A stretch of 64,000 bases of DNA, from the NCBI GenBank assembly GCA_963804165.1, contig CAWDPO010000023.1, positions 1-64,000 on the forward strand, in the 5' to 3' direction. Source of the DNA: an uncultured delta proteobacterium (GTDB lineage Bacteria > Desulfobacterota > Binatia > UBA9968). Position numbers and translations under genes: made by a program. A model generated the notes under the pieces. The model was not told the DNA's origin. It did not search any database and saw only the letters and a list, made by a program, of their open reading frames with translations. This document shows, one piece after another, positions 10,290 through 19,461 of this stretch (position 1 is the first letter of the stretch; the number at the start of each line of letters is the position of its first letter).

Positions 10290-11327
10290 TTATTGCGCCG
10301 CCTGCACGGGAGTGAATCCCGATCCCCCGAAGCCTAACACACTAGAAAATCCATCCGTCGATCCTACGACAAACCAGTTGCCAGTGCTCGCTTGATATAC
10401 CGCCGGATCCGTTTCTCCATCGCCATCGTAGTCTCCTGGAACAGGCGTAAACCCCGCACCACCGAAGCCCAATGCTACGTTGAAAAACCCCGTGCTTGAC
10501 CCAACTGCGAACCAGTTCCCCGTGCTCGCCTGATACACGGCTGCGTCGGTTATCCCGTCCCCATCATAGTCCCCAGCCACCGGGGTAAACCCCGAGCCGC
10601 CAAAACCCAACGCCACGTTAAAAAACCCAATACCCGATCCCACCGCAAACCAGTTCCCGGTCGTCTGCTGATATACCACAGTGTCGGCGCGCCCATCCCC
10701 ATCGAAGTCGGGCTTGCCGCATGGCACTGGGTTTAGACCCGCGGGGAGCCCTCCGGCGTCTGTGAAAATGGTAAGGTTCCAGCCAGCGATGCCGCCGGAG
10801 TCCCCGCCAGCATCGTCTGATACGAACAGGTTCCATGTGCCATTGACGGTGCCGCCGTTGAAGACGGCTAATGTGGTGGCCGGATCGTCAGGGCCGGGCA
10901 CTGGGATCGCATCGGCGCCGCCATAGTTCGACGGCCTAAAGCGGCCGGACACGATCTGGCTGCCGGTGGGCACAATGCGGAGAGCGCAATCGCTGAATGC
11001 GAGGGTGGCGTTGAGAACATCCGTGCCGCCACCCGCATCCGACATGAGCGTGACACTCTGCCCCCCCGGCGAACTCACTATGATCTCAACGTCGTCCGGA
11101 AAGGTGTGGCTCAGCCCGACGATTCCTACCGTGATGTGCGTCACCGTGCCGATCACGCCCGCCACATTGATCGTGGAGGGAAAAGGTGTCGCGGCAGCAG
11201 CGTCGTTGATTGTGATCCCCGAATTGTTCTCGAAAAAGAAAACTGCCCCACTGGCAGGGGCCACGCCACCCCACGCAGTCAGTGCGACGATAATAAGACC
11301 TAGTGCTAATCTAGCCAGACGATTCAT
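10290..11327 (-). CDS. Secreted proprotein-convertase P-domain protein with three FG-GAP-like repeats and no ILRAMGLL tail
   Basis: Signal peptide. HTFPDDVEIIVSSPGG...NGTWNLFVSD...GIAGWNL matches a P-domain. Three D(F/Y)DGDG repeats; ends PVQAAQ. Confidence 0.8.
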   Translation of the reverse strand: MNRLARLALGLIIVALTAWGGVAPASGAVFFFENNSGITINDAAAATPFPSTINVAGVIGTVTHITVGIVGLSHTFPDDVEIIVSSPGGQSVTLMSDAGGGTDVLNATLAFSDCALRIVPTGSQIVSGRFRPSNYGGADAIPVPGPDDPATTLAVFNGGTVNGTWNLFVSDDAGGDSGGIAGWNLTIFTDAGGLPAGLNPVPCGKPDFDGDGRADTVVYQQTTGNWFAVGSGIGFFNVALGFGGSGFTPVAGDYDGDGITDAAVYQASTGNWFAVGSSTGFFNVALGFGGAGFTPVPGDYDGDGETDPAVYQASTGNWFVVGSTDGFSSVLGFGGSGFTPVQAAQ

Positions 11328-11426
11328 GACATTCCTCCTTGGGCCTGTGGCCCTTTTGTTAAATGGATGGCGTGTACCGCGATCCAGAGGAAATGTCCAG
11401 GGAAATCGTGTTGCTTAGACTGGCGG

Positions 11427-13109
11427 CTACAATAACCCCAAAGCCCTCAAGATGGTCACCTGCGGAAGCACCGGGACAAATCCCGTCCCACCGAAATGAA
11501 TCGCAGGCGAGAAAGACCCGTCTGTCGATCCCGCGGCGAACCAGTTGCCCGTGTTCGTCTGATAGACCGCGGCATCGGTCTTGCCGTCCCCGTCGTAGTC
11601 CGCTGCGACTGGAAGAAACCCCGACCCGCCAAAATTTATCGCCGGGGAAAAAAATCCCGAGCTCGATCGCACCGCAAACCAGTTCCCCGTGCTCGTTTGA
11701 TATACCGCCACATCCGTCTTGCCGTCGCCATCATAATCTCCCGGCATGGGAACGAATCCGCTCCCACCAAAATTCAACGCCGGCGAAAAGAAACCCGCAC
11801 TGGAACGAATGACAAACCAGTTGCCCGTGTTCGTCTGATAGACCGCCGCATCGGTCTTGCCGTCGCCGTCGTAGTCTCCGGGCACCGGAACAAATCCGCT
11901 GCCGCCAAAGTTTGCTGCCGGCGAGAAAATTCCCGAACTCGATCGCACGACGAACCAGTTGCCCGTGCTCGTCTGATATACACCCGCATCGGTCTTGCCG
12001 TCGCCGTCATAATCCCCAGGGACCGGCACATATCCCGCTCCGCCAAAATTCAACGCCGGTGTGAAAAATCCCGCACTCGATCCGTTCACAAACCAGTTGC
12101 CGGTGGCGGTGCCGTATACGGCCGCGTCGACTGCCCCGTCGCCATCATAGTCGCCGGGCACCGGGATGAAGCCAGAACCGCCGAAATGCGGAACTGAACC
12201 AAACCCTGCCGTAGACTGCACGGCAAACCAGTTGCCTGTGCTCGTCTGATAAACCGCTGCGTCAGCCTTGACATCGGCGTCAAAGTCCGTCGGCGGCTTG
12301 GGAAGAAACGCCAGACCCTTTGCATCGTGATCCATAGAGCCTATCGGGCTTGCAACGCCGGTTGTCGTGATCGTCAGCAGGCGCCCTGACACGGCGCCCC
12401 TGGCCGCCAACAAAAACCGATTTCCGCTTTGATAGGTCAGAGCGATAGCCTCAAGATAGTCGTCCCCGGAGCGCGTTATATTGACCGGCGCGGCTCCCAG
12501 ATTCGCGGGGTTGATCGTTTCAAATATTTGTACGGCTGGTAAACGCGTAGATTCCGTGTCGTTACCTGATGCATGGTAGATCAAGCCGTCATCGGGATTG
12601 AAACCGATAGCTTCTCCATCGTTGCCATTGCCGAGGATCTTGACTTCAACAGGCACGCCTGTGGACTTGCTTAGCGTGAATAATCTTTCAGGAATTGCTG
12701 CGCCATCTCCCGTCACACCATAGAGTACGCCGTCGGATTTGAACGCCAATCCGGCAAAATTATCGCCCGTGTTGCCGATGCGTGTAGCAACTCCGTTAGC
12801 AGGATTAATCGTCACCAGCTCTCGTCCGGGTTGGCCGGTAAGCTGTAGCAACGCCCAAAGCTTTCCGGTTGTAGGGTCGCGCGCAAGGCCGTTGGCACCT
12901 AACACGGTGGCGCCAGATACGCTGATGGAAAAACTCGTGATTGTAGAGCCACTCAAGGGATCGATCACTCGTAAATCTGCATCACTCGGGGACACCGTAT
13001 ACAATGTCCGGTCGACGGCGGTCACGAATGGAGGGAGAAAAACGACTAGGGCAATCGTGATCCGTACTAGGATCAGTCCGATCGCCGTTGGCGCGTTGTG
13101 ATGTCTCAT
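11427..13109 (-). CDS. Secreted beta-propeller protein with six FG-GAP-like repeats and tail PVLPQVTILRALGLL
   Basis: N-terminal hydrophobic signal, GLAxDP/GLAF propeller blades, six DxDxD repeats and the conserved tail. Confidence 0.85.
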   Translation of the reverse strand: MRHHNAPTAIGLILVRITIALVVFLPPFVTAVDRTLYTVSPSDADLRVIDPLSGSTITSFSISVSGATVLGANGLARDPTTGKLWALLQLTGQPGRELVTINPANGVATRIGNTGDNFAGLAFKSDGVLYGVTGDGAAIPERLFTLSKSTGVPVEVKILGNGNDGEAIGFNPDDGLIYHASGNDTESTRLPAVQIFETINPANLGAAPVNITRSGDDYLEAIALTYQSGNRFLLAARGAVSGRLLTITTTGVASPIGSMDHDAKGLAFLPKPPTDFDADVKADAAVYQTSTGNWFAVQSTAGFGSVPHFGGSGFIPVPGDYDGDGAVDAAVYGTATGNWFVNGSSAGFFTPALNFGGAGYVPVPGDYDGDGKTDAGVYQTSTGNWFVVRSSSGIFSPAANFGGSGFVPVPGDYDGDGKTDAAVYQTNTGNWFVIRSSAGFFSPALNFGGSGFVPMPGDYDGDGKTDVAVYQTSTGNWFAVRSSSGFFSPAINFGGSGFLPVAADYDGDGKTDAAVYQTNTGNWFAAGSTDGSFSPAIHFGGTGFVPVLPQVTILRALGLL

Positions 13110-13516
13110 ATTCCACCTGTATTTCTAAAGTGGGGATTTGTGGCGCATCCAGAAGTGACTACGATAAAATAATCGCCTAGAGCCTTTCGATCTCAACACT
13201 CCCAAACTCAAATAAGATCAGCCGCGCTCTCTCAAAAGAATCGAGTTCATCGACGAGCCCCGTCGAATTGACGATTAGTTATGGAGCAGCAGATGTGCGC
13301 TGATTGCGCTTAATATAAAAAGTTTATGGCAACCGGGTCGAGACATGCAAGTAAAAAGCAATGTGCCACGCCGATCTTGCCGAAATCTCCGGATCGACAT
13401 CGGAAAGTCTTGACGTAAGGAGCTGTCGGTTTGGATGCGCGCACCAGTTGCGTCGCGACAAAGGTCAATATTCGCTCGTAGAGTCAGGACCCATTGAAGG
13501 ACAAGACTCTGCAGAA

Positions 13517-13560
13517 AAGTCCCCTTTAATTTAAACAAAGGGGGGATGGAGGGGGATTTG
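13517..13560. repeat. REP-like palindromic element (cccctt...aagggggg...ggggg)
   Basis: Imperfect palindrome aagtcccctttaatttaaacaaagggggggatggagggggattt in an intergenic region. Confidence 0.4.
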
Positions 13561-13649
13561 AGTTCGAGGCTGCAGGAAGTTGGGTTCAGGAAAACGATTT
13601 CTATACACGGTTGAAGGCAGATATCCAGAAAACGCTAAGCACCGCCCAG

Positions 13650-13690
13650 CACTCGACTTTAGTCTTAACCTGAACCTTAACCTTACCCTC
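13650..13690. repeat. Hexamer-repeat (AACCTT-like) element immediately after a tail-gene stop codon, copy A
   Basis: cactcgactttagtcttaacctgaaccttaaccttaccctc; homologous to sequence near 46500-46547, 51290-51330 and 53640-53658. Confidence 0.7.
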
Positions 13691-14911
13691 TTACAACAGT
13701 CCCATGGCACCGAGTATCGCCAACTGCGGGTGCACGGGCAGAAACGCTGATCCGCCAAAACTACGATAGGCTAGGTATCCATACGTCGTTCGATAAAGAA
13801 ACCAATTACCGGTGCTGCGCTGATACACCGCGATATCCGTCGCCCCATCTCCGTCATAGTCGGAAGGCACTGGAATATATCCCGATCCCCCAAATTTCCC
13901 GTAAATTTGAAATCCCGAATTCGACTCCAGGATAAACCAGTTGCCGGTGCTTTGCTGGTAGACTGCAGCATCCGTTCTCCCATCACCATCATAGTCGGAA
14001 GGGACGGGAATATATCCCGATCCGCCGAACTTCCCGTAGATTTGAAATCCCGCGGTCGACTGCCTGATAAACCAGTTGCCGGTGCTTTGCTGATAGACCG
14101 CAACATCCGCCACCCCATCTCCGTCATAGTCGCCGGGAACCGGAATATACCCAGCTCCGCCAAATGATAGGAGTTGACTATATCCAGTCGAGGACCCAAC
14201 AAAGAACCAATTGCCTGTGCTTGCGTGGTAAACCGCGATGTCCGTTTTCCCATCACCATCGTAATCGCTTGGAACTGGAATGAATCCTGGGCCGCCAAAC
14301 CTTGCTTGTGTTCTTGTTCCCCCCGATGACTTTGCGATCACCCAGGAGCCGGTTCCAATATCGTACACCGCCGCATCCGTCCTTCCGTCGCCGTCATAAT
14401 CACCCGGCACCGGGATGTCCTGCGCGTCCGCTCCGAGCGTCATATTGATCTGACGGCCGTCGGTTGATCGCCGGATCGACCAGCTCCCATTGCGGTACAC
14501 GCCGTAATCTGCTCGAGAGTCGCCGTCGTAGTCAGTGTAGCTTGTGGATTCCGAGGGCAAAGAATCAAATTCTTCGCGACTACCACCGAAGACCTCAGTT
14601 GCGGTCGCACAAGCCAGGTTGGAGGGGCTCGAAAATCCATAGGCGTTGAAAGCACTTACTCTGTAGCAGTAACTAACGTCAGCGATTAGGCTATAGTCCG
14701 TATAGGACGTGTCGCCGGCACCGACCGTTGCGAGAGTAACAAAGCTTCCGTTGTTGGCCTTGCGTTCTACCCTAAAGCCGCGTTCGTTAGGCGAGTTGTC
14801 TGCCCAGGACAGCGTTAGACTGGCAGCTTCTGCTGACACGCTCCACGCTAGTGTCACGAGCAACCCAATGCATTTAAGAACTGTTCTGTAGGGCGGCTTT
14901 GAATGATCCAC
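13691..14911 (-). CDS. Secreted fibronectin type III protein with six FG-GAP-like repeats and tail PVHPQLAILGAMGLL
   Basis: Signal peptide, FN3 motif LSWADNSPNERGFRVER...YCYRVSAFN, six DYDGD repeats and a variant tail. Confidence 0.85.
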   Translation of the reverse strand: MDHSKPPYRTVLKCIGLLVTLAWSVSAEAASLTLSWADNSPNERGFRVERKANNGSFVTLATVGAGDTSYTDYSLIADVSYCYRVSAFNAYGFSSPSNLACATATEVFGGSREEFDSLPSESTSYTDYDGDSRADYGVYRNGSWSIRRSTDGRQINMTLGADAQDIPVPGDYDGDGRTDAAVYDIGTGSWVIAKSSGGTRTQARFGGPGFIPVPSDYDGDGKTDIAVYHASTGNWFFVGSSTGYSQLLSFGGAGYIPVPGDYDGDGVADVAVYQQSTGNWFIRQSTAGFQIYGKFGGSGYIPVPSDYDGDGRTDAAVYQQSTGNWFILESNSGFQIYGKFGGSGYIPVPSDYDGDGATDIAVYQRSTGNWFLYRTTYGYLAYRSFGGSAFLPVHPQLAILGAMGLL

Positions 14912-15273
14912 TCGTACCTCCTCGATCCGTCGATAGACGGCAGGCGTATGACACGCCCGAGGAGGTACTTATCCTCGCCCGGCAACCTGCTACCGTATCC
15001 CCCAGTCGAGGACTTAGGCCAGTGGCTTTGCGTCCCACCCTTTCGAGTGGTTTGCCGTGATCAGGCATCGCGTGTCGCGATGCCTGCAACGCAACTGGGG
15101 TGCCAGTTGCCGATTGACCGGATAAGAAGGCCTATAAGGTTATATTCGTGAGCGCCTTGCCACTCTTTTGAAGGGATTAATTTTACCCTTTGTGTGCAAT
15201 TTTGTCTTACCTTGTGCAGGACTGCGGGAAGGAGGGATGATTTTCATGCCATCAACTGAGTAGGGCCGATTTT

Positions 15274-15481
15274 TTATAGAAAGCCCATCGCCCTTAAGAT
15301 CGTCATTTACGACAGCACGGGCACGAAACCAGATTCGCCGAAGTCTAGTGCGGGACTGAAAAATCCCTGAGTAGATCCCACGACAAACCAGTTCCCCGTG
15401 CTCGTCTGATACACCGCTACATCAGTCTGTCCGTCGCCGTCATAGTCTCCCGGCACCGGAATGAAACCCGCTCCGCCGAAA
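15274..15481 (-). pseudogene. Relic 3' end of an FG-GAP/tail gene
   Basis: Manual translation gives FGGAGFIPVPGDYDGDGQTDVAVYQTSTGNWF...FVPVLS*MTILRAMGFL*, with an in-frame stop and no 5' part. Confidence 0.8.
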
Positions 15482-15692
15482 ACAGGAAAAATCGTGGGGC
15501 TTTACTCCTGCAGAGTGTCGTTGTCAAACGGCGGGTGAGTGATCGCGAGGGCTCCCGATCATCAACCGAGCGCCGGAAGGGGTCCTCCCAAACTGTTTCA
15601 GGGATCGGTTTGGTTAGAACAGAGATTCCCAGAAATTATTTTACGTTGAATGTTGCCAGCCGATCAGCGTCCTGCAGTACATCGAAACCTTT

Positions 15693-16073
15693 TTACAATA
15701 ATCCCATCGCTCTAAGAATCGTCACTTGGGGCAGTACCGGCACAAAACCCGGTCCACCAAAGCTCGGATGGCTCCTAAAACCGTCAGTCGACTGATTGAT
15801 GAACCAGTTGCCGCTGCTCTGCTGATATACCGCGGTATCGGTCTGTCCGTCACCATCATAGTCGGCAGGCACAGGAACAAACCCCGCTCCGCCAAAGTTC
15901 AAATGCTGGTCGAACCCCGAGGTCGATCACACATAAACCAGTGACCCGTGCTGCTCTGATACACCGCTATGTCCGTTTCGCCGTCCCCGTCGTAGTCTCC
16001 AGGATACGGGATAAATCCCGCCCCGCCAAAATTCGGCTGCACGCGAAACCCCGCTGTCGATTGCGCGATAAAG
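15693..16073 (-). pseudogene. 5'-truncated FG-GAP/tail gene: last two repeats plus PVLPQVTILRAMGLL
   Basis: ORF 15693..15902 plus a frameshifted upstream repeat (FIAQSTAGFRVQPNFGGAGFIPYPGDYDGDGETD). It abuts the DnaB fragment. Confidence 0.8.
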
Positions 16074-16498
16074 GCCCGTTTCGATTTTTCATAATCGCCA
16101 CGTCAAGGCGGTCTGCATTCTCCCGCGTAAGTCCGAAAACCGCGTCGGCGTGCTGCTCCAATTCGCCGGAATCGCGCAAGTCGGCGAGGGTCAACGCTTT
16201 GTCTTTTCTATCTTCGCCTTTCGGTTTAACTGCGTTGCGGCAATGACGGGAATGCGAAATAGGTTGCAACGCCGGCGCGCGCCTGCCGATAAGCCAACGA
16301 AAACAAATCCGCAGTTTTGCCCACGCCCGGCCGCGCGGCGAAAAGATAAAGCCCGCCGCGCTGAAAGGCACCAGCCGCTTGGTCATGCGCCTTAAATCCA
16401 GTTCTGAAAAACGGCTCTTTATCTTGCCGCTGCTGAAGCCACTCGAGGAAACGCCGCTTTGATTCTTGCTGGTCGATGAATTTCTTTGGTTCATTCAT
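16074..16498 (-). pseudogene. Phage-type DnaB-like helicase remnant with internal deletion
   Basis: RTGF...FQRGGLYLFAARPGVGKT (Walker A) and LADLRDSGELEQHADAVF...KNRNGP lie in different frames with the middle missing. Confidence 0.8.
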
Positions 16499-16529
16499 AA
16501 CTGGATCCCGTATCTTCGCTGATAGGTGC

Positions 16530-16985
16530 CTACGGGCGTGATGCTACCGTCCGCCAGGGTGAGCGTATCGCCTTCGCGCTTAACGATCCTCGGCGGCTCG
16601 TCGCTGTGGCCCTTGGTCCGTCTTTGCGCGGCCTGCCAATAGTCTTCGAGTGTTTTTTGGCGAATAGGGTGCTAGGGCGGAAATACCGAAGCATCTCATC
16701 CTTGCCCGTCCATGCGGCGTGCTGGCTTTCGATCACCGGCGACAGGGTTTTTGTGTCGCCAAAAACAGGGTTGTTTTTACCCTGTTCTTTTTTCAGGGTT
16801 TTTATTTCAGGGTTTTCAGACAGGTTTATGAAGTAGTGATTTCGACGATTTCGGCCACCGTTACTCTGTACGCGTCGGATCTCCCCGACCGCTTCGAGTT
16901 TGGCAAGAACCTTGCGCGTCTGTCGCTCGCTTAAGCGCGCCTTTTGCGCCAGTGTCGGATTTGGCATCGAAGCTGACTTTCTCAA
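16530..16985 (-). pseudogene. Phage replication initiator remnant (HTH plus Phg_2220_C-like C-terminus)
   Basis: TLAQKARLSERQTRKVLAKLEAVGEI is HTH-like; W..KDEMLRYFRPSTLF; directly upstream of DnaB. Confidence 0.6.
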
Positions 16986-17074
16986 CTCTTGCGGGATTTA
17001 TATGGATTTGGATCATTGTCCCCCCTGTAAAGACAACGGGGGACGAGATGACGAAATGTAAACCCTAAATTTAT

Positions 17075-17737
17075 TTATTTCTTGAAAGAGAGGGCTTTCT
17101 TCAGTTCCTTTAAATACTTGTAGCCCATTTGGCGGGTGACACCGGCCTGTGTCGAAGCATCATCCACGGACCTCTCGTTCCTCAACTGATCGAGGAAGAT
17201 TCGGCCCCGTTTGCCCCATCGCTTTTCGGCTATCCGGTAAGCACGATAATAATCGAATCTAGCAATCGCTGTGTGTTCGGGGTCTTCTCGGTGGACCGAG
17301 CCTCTAATTTCCACCTGGACCGAGGAGTCATCCAGTATTTCTTTTTGTCGCGCGATTGTTCTCCATTCATTCCGTTGATGCTGCCGGACCCTTTCCGGTA
17401 TATCTTCTCGCTTGCCTGCGAGCGTAGGGACGGCTTCTCGCAGAAATGCCGCCTTCCCGCCGCGCCAAGCTCCAGCCATTGGACCTTCCCAAAATTCCCT
17501 TTCGACTGGTAGCATCCGGATATATGGCGCACCGGGAAATCGTGGAAGAGGCGTCAATAGTTCACCATTCGATGAACCCCAAAACGCGGATCCACCTGCT
17601 CTCCATAATTCCAAAGTCTTCTCCCATGCGGATTGTTTAATATCCTGCTCTGAATATTTTTCGGGACGAAAACTTTTTTCTTGTTCACCTTTAAAACTTC
17701 TCAACTTCTTTCGCACAATCCACTCCGCCCCAATCAA
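17075..17737 (-). CDS. Hypothetical protein with C-terminal HTH; possibly continuous with 17691..18176
   Basis: 220-aa ORF ending VDDASTQAGVTRQMGYKYLKELKK. Confidence 0.45.
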   Translation of the reverse strand: MIGAEWIVRKKLRSFKGEQEKSFRPEKYSEQDIKQSAWEKTLELWRAGGSAFWGSSNGELLTPLPRFPGAPYIRMLPVEREFWEGPMAGAWRGGKAAFLREAVPTLAGKREDIPERVRQHQRNEWRTIARQKEILDDSSVQVEIRGSVHREDPEHTAIARFDYYRAYRIAEKRWGKRGRIFLDQLRNERSVDDASTQAGVTRQMGYKYLKELKKALSFKK

Positions 17738-18176
17738 AAAGAACCAATTCAGCGGTAAACGGCTTGTCTGCTACTCTCCGGGCGAACTCGTCATTAACAA
17801 AGGCTCCCTCGAGTTTAAAATCCACGAACAGTCCCATCAAGGCCCGGTCGGGGTAACTGCAATAAAGCTCGTAAAGCCAATTCCTTCCGGCGGTACTACT
17901 CCATTCAAGAACTTCTTTAAGTGAGAGATGGCCCTTGGCGGCCATGGACTTCGCGACAAATCCTTTTTGAGCCATTGCCGCAAAGCTCCTAAACAAGAGC
18001 ATGTACGAGGTTTGAATCTCGAAAAGTCGCCGAAGGAAATCTAAACCAAGAAAATCAACATGACTCAGCCATCTATAGTCTATTTTCGGCCGTGGAGTTC
18101 GCTCTAAGAATTCAACAATGTCATCAAACTCTTTCCTTTTGGTGCCACTAGGGTCTAGCAATTCTTGGAATCCCAT
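17691..18176 (-). CDS. Hypothetical protein of the mobile-element region
   Basis: 161-aa ORF with ATG and a purine-rich RBS-like sequence. Confidence 0.4.
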   Translation of the reverse strand: MGFQELLDPSGTKRKEFDDIVEFLERTPRPKIDYRWLSHVDFLGLDFLRRLFEIQTSYMLLFRSFAAMAQKGFVAKSMAAKGHLSLKEVLEWSSTAGRNWLYELYCSYPDRALMGLFVDFKLEGAFVNDEFARRVADKPFTAELVLFDWGGVDCAKEVEKF

Positions 18177-18423
18177 TTACCGCCCCTTACTGTAGCGACG
18201 TTACATCAAAAAAATACAATTCCAAAATAAAATCGACCCTTGAGATCGTAGAGACCTTTAGAGACTCGGCTTTTGATCTGACTAGTTTTACAAGGGAATT
18301 TTCACGCGCCAGTATGGATAGTCCTGGGGCACTTAGAAGAACGTGTGAAATTCCCACACGACTTGCTTTCTCGCTTCAACGTGGGGTAGAGGGCGCGGCT
18401 ATGCTGATGCGCAACTCCGGCAA

Positions 18424-18807
18424 TTGCTGGATGATCTCAAAGGGAAGTCAGACGAGGAGTTGGCCGCTTTTCGTGCCGGCAAGCCTGACAATTCCATGTA
18501 TGCAATTTTTGCGGATAAGGAATTTGAGCGTCGGGCTCGACTCACGCAACACGAACTAGACCTAAAGCTCATCGCTGAGCAAGTGCGCTGGGGAAAATTC
18601 TCTGCGATACTTACGTCTACAATGACGCTCGCTGGAGCGATTGTTGGAGCGTTAATAACGTTTTGGCTGCAAGGTAACCCGTGTTCACCGCAACCAAAAG
18701 GGATAACACCATCAGGTCAACGGCTAAACGCTTCCTCGTCATTGGGCGAGCATAAAGAAAAAGCCGAATCAGTCCCATCGAAACCTCCTGAATCAAAAAC
18801 AAAGTGA
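18424..18807 (+). CDS. Hypothetical single-pass membrane protein
   Basis: 127-aa ORF with one TM segment (AILTSTMTLAGAIVGALITFWL). Confidence 0.4.
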   Translation: MLDDLKGKSDEELAAFRAGKPDNSMYAIFADKEFERRARLTQHELDLKLIAEQVRWGKFSAILTSTMTLAGAIVGALITFWLQGNPCSPQPKGITPSGQRLNASSSLGEHKEKAESVPSKPPESKTK

Positions 18808-19251
18808 AGGGACGCAAGAACCTGTGATGGTAAGCATCCGCCTTTGTTCCAAGACTTTCGATTTCCGCCACCCCAGAACGTGACGGTTATCCAAGGGTTC
18901 AAATAAGCTCGCCCCCGCTTCTCGTGCTTGCCGTTACCAGGCAAGAACTCAACGAACTCTTCCGCGCCCTGCCGGAGTTCGATTGGTTATTCCAGATTTT
19001 CAAAACTCGCGTCAAAGTCCACCGTCTTCTTGGGGATGGACTTTTCCAAGTTCTCATTCGGCTTTCCAGATTCGTCGCCCTGCAAGTACCGCCGCAAACC
19101 TTCCCAAATGAAAATCACCACGAAGTAAAGCCTGGGAAAAGATTCCTCGCGTTCGCTCGGAATAACAACAAGGGCAATGCCTGTCATCTCGAACCCTTTG
19201 GGATACTCAAGGTAAACTCCGGGAGAGATCTTTTTTTGTTCTACAGTGAAA

Positions 19252-19290
19252 CTTCGTGTACTTCGTGTTCTTCGTGACCTCGGTGGTGAG
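19252..19290. repeat. 9-bp periodic cttcgtgtx repeat element
   Basis: cttcgtgtacttcgtgttcttcgtgacctcggtggtga; a related inverse-orientation stretch lies at about 28090-28120. Confidence 0.5.
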
Positions 19291-19461
19291 ATGGTATTTT
19301 GGTTTAGCGAACTTACTGTGGGCAGAAAAATTTGCGCAAGCCGCGAAAACTCCCACGCATGGCGGTGCAGACATCTCACGCCACGGCGCGTAATGGATTG
19401 GCCGCGCGCTCAAAACGATTAGGTGCACGATCAGCCAAAACAGTGGGCGCCTGCATCGGCC

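Noticed and set aside
11427-11475. Tail as a PEP-CTERM, LPXTG or autotransporter signal
   Set aside because: There is no ~20-aa TM helix followed by basic residues, no LPxTG, and no beta-barrel with a terminal aromatic residue.
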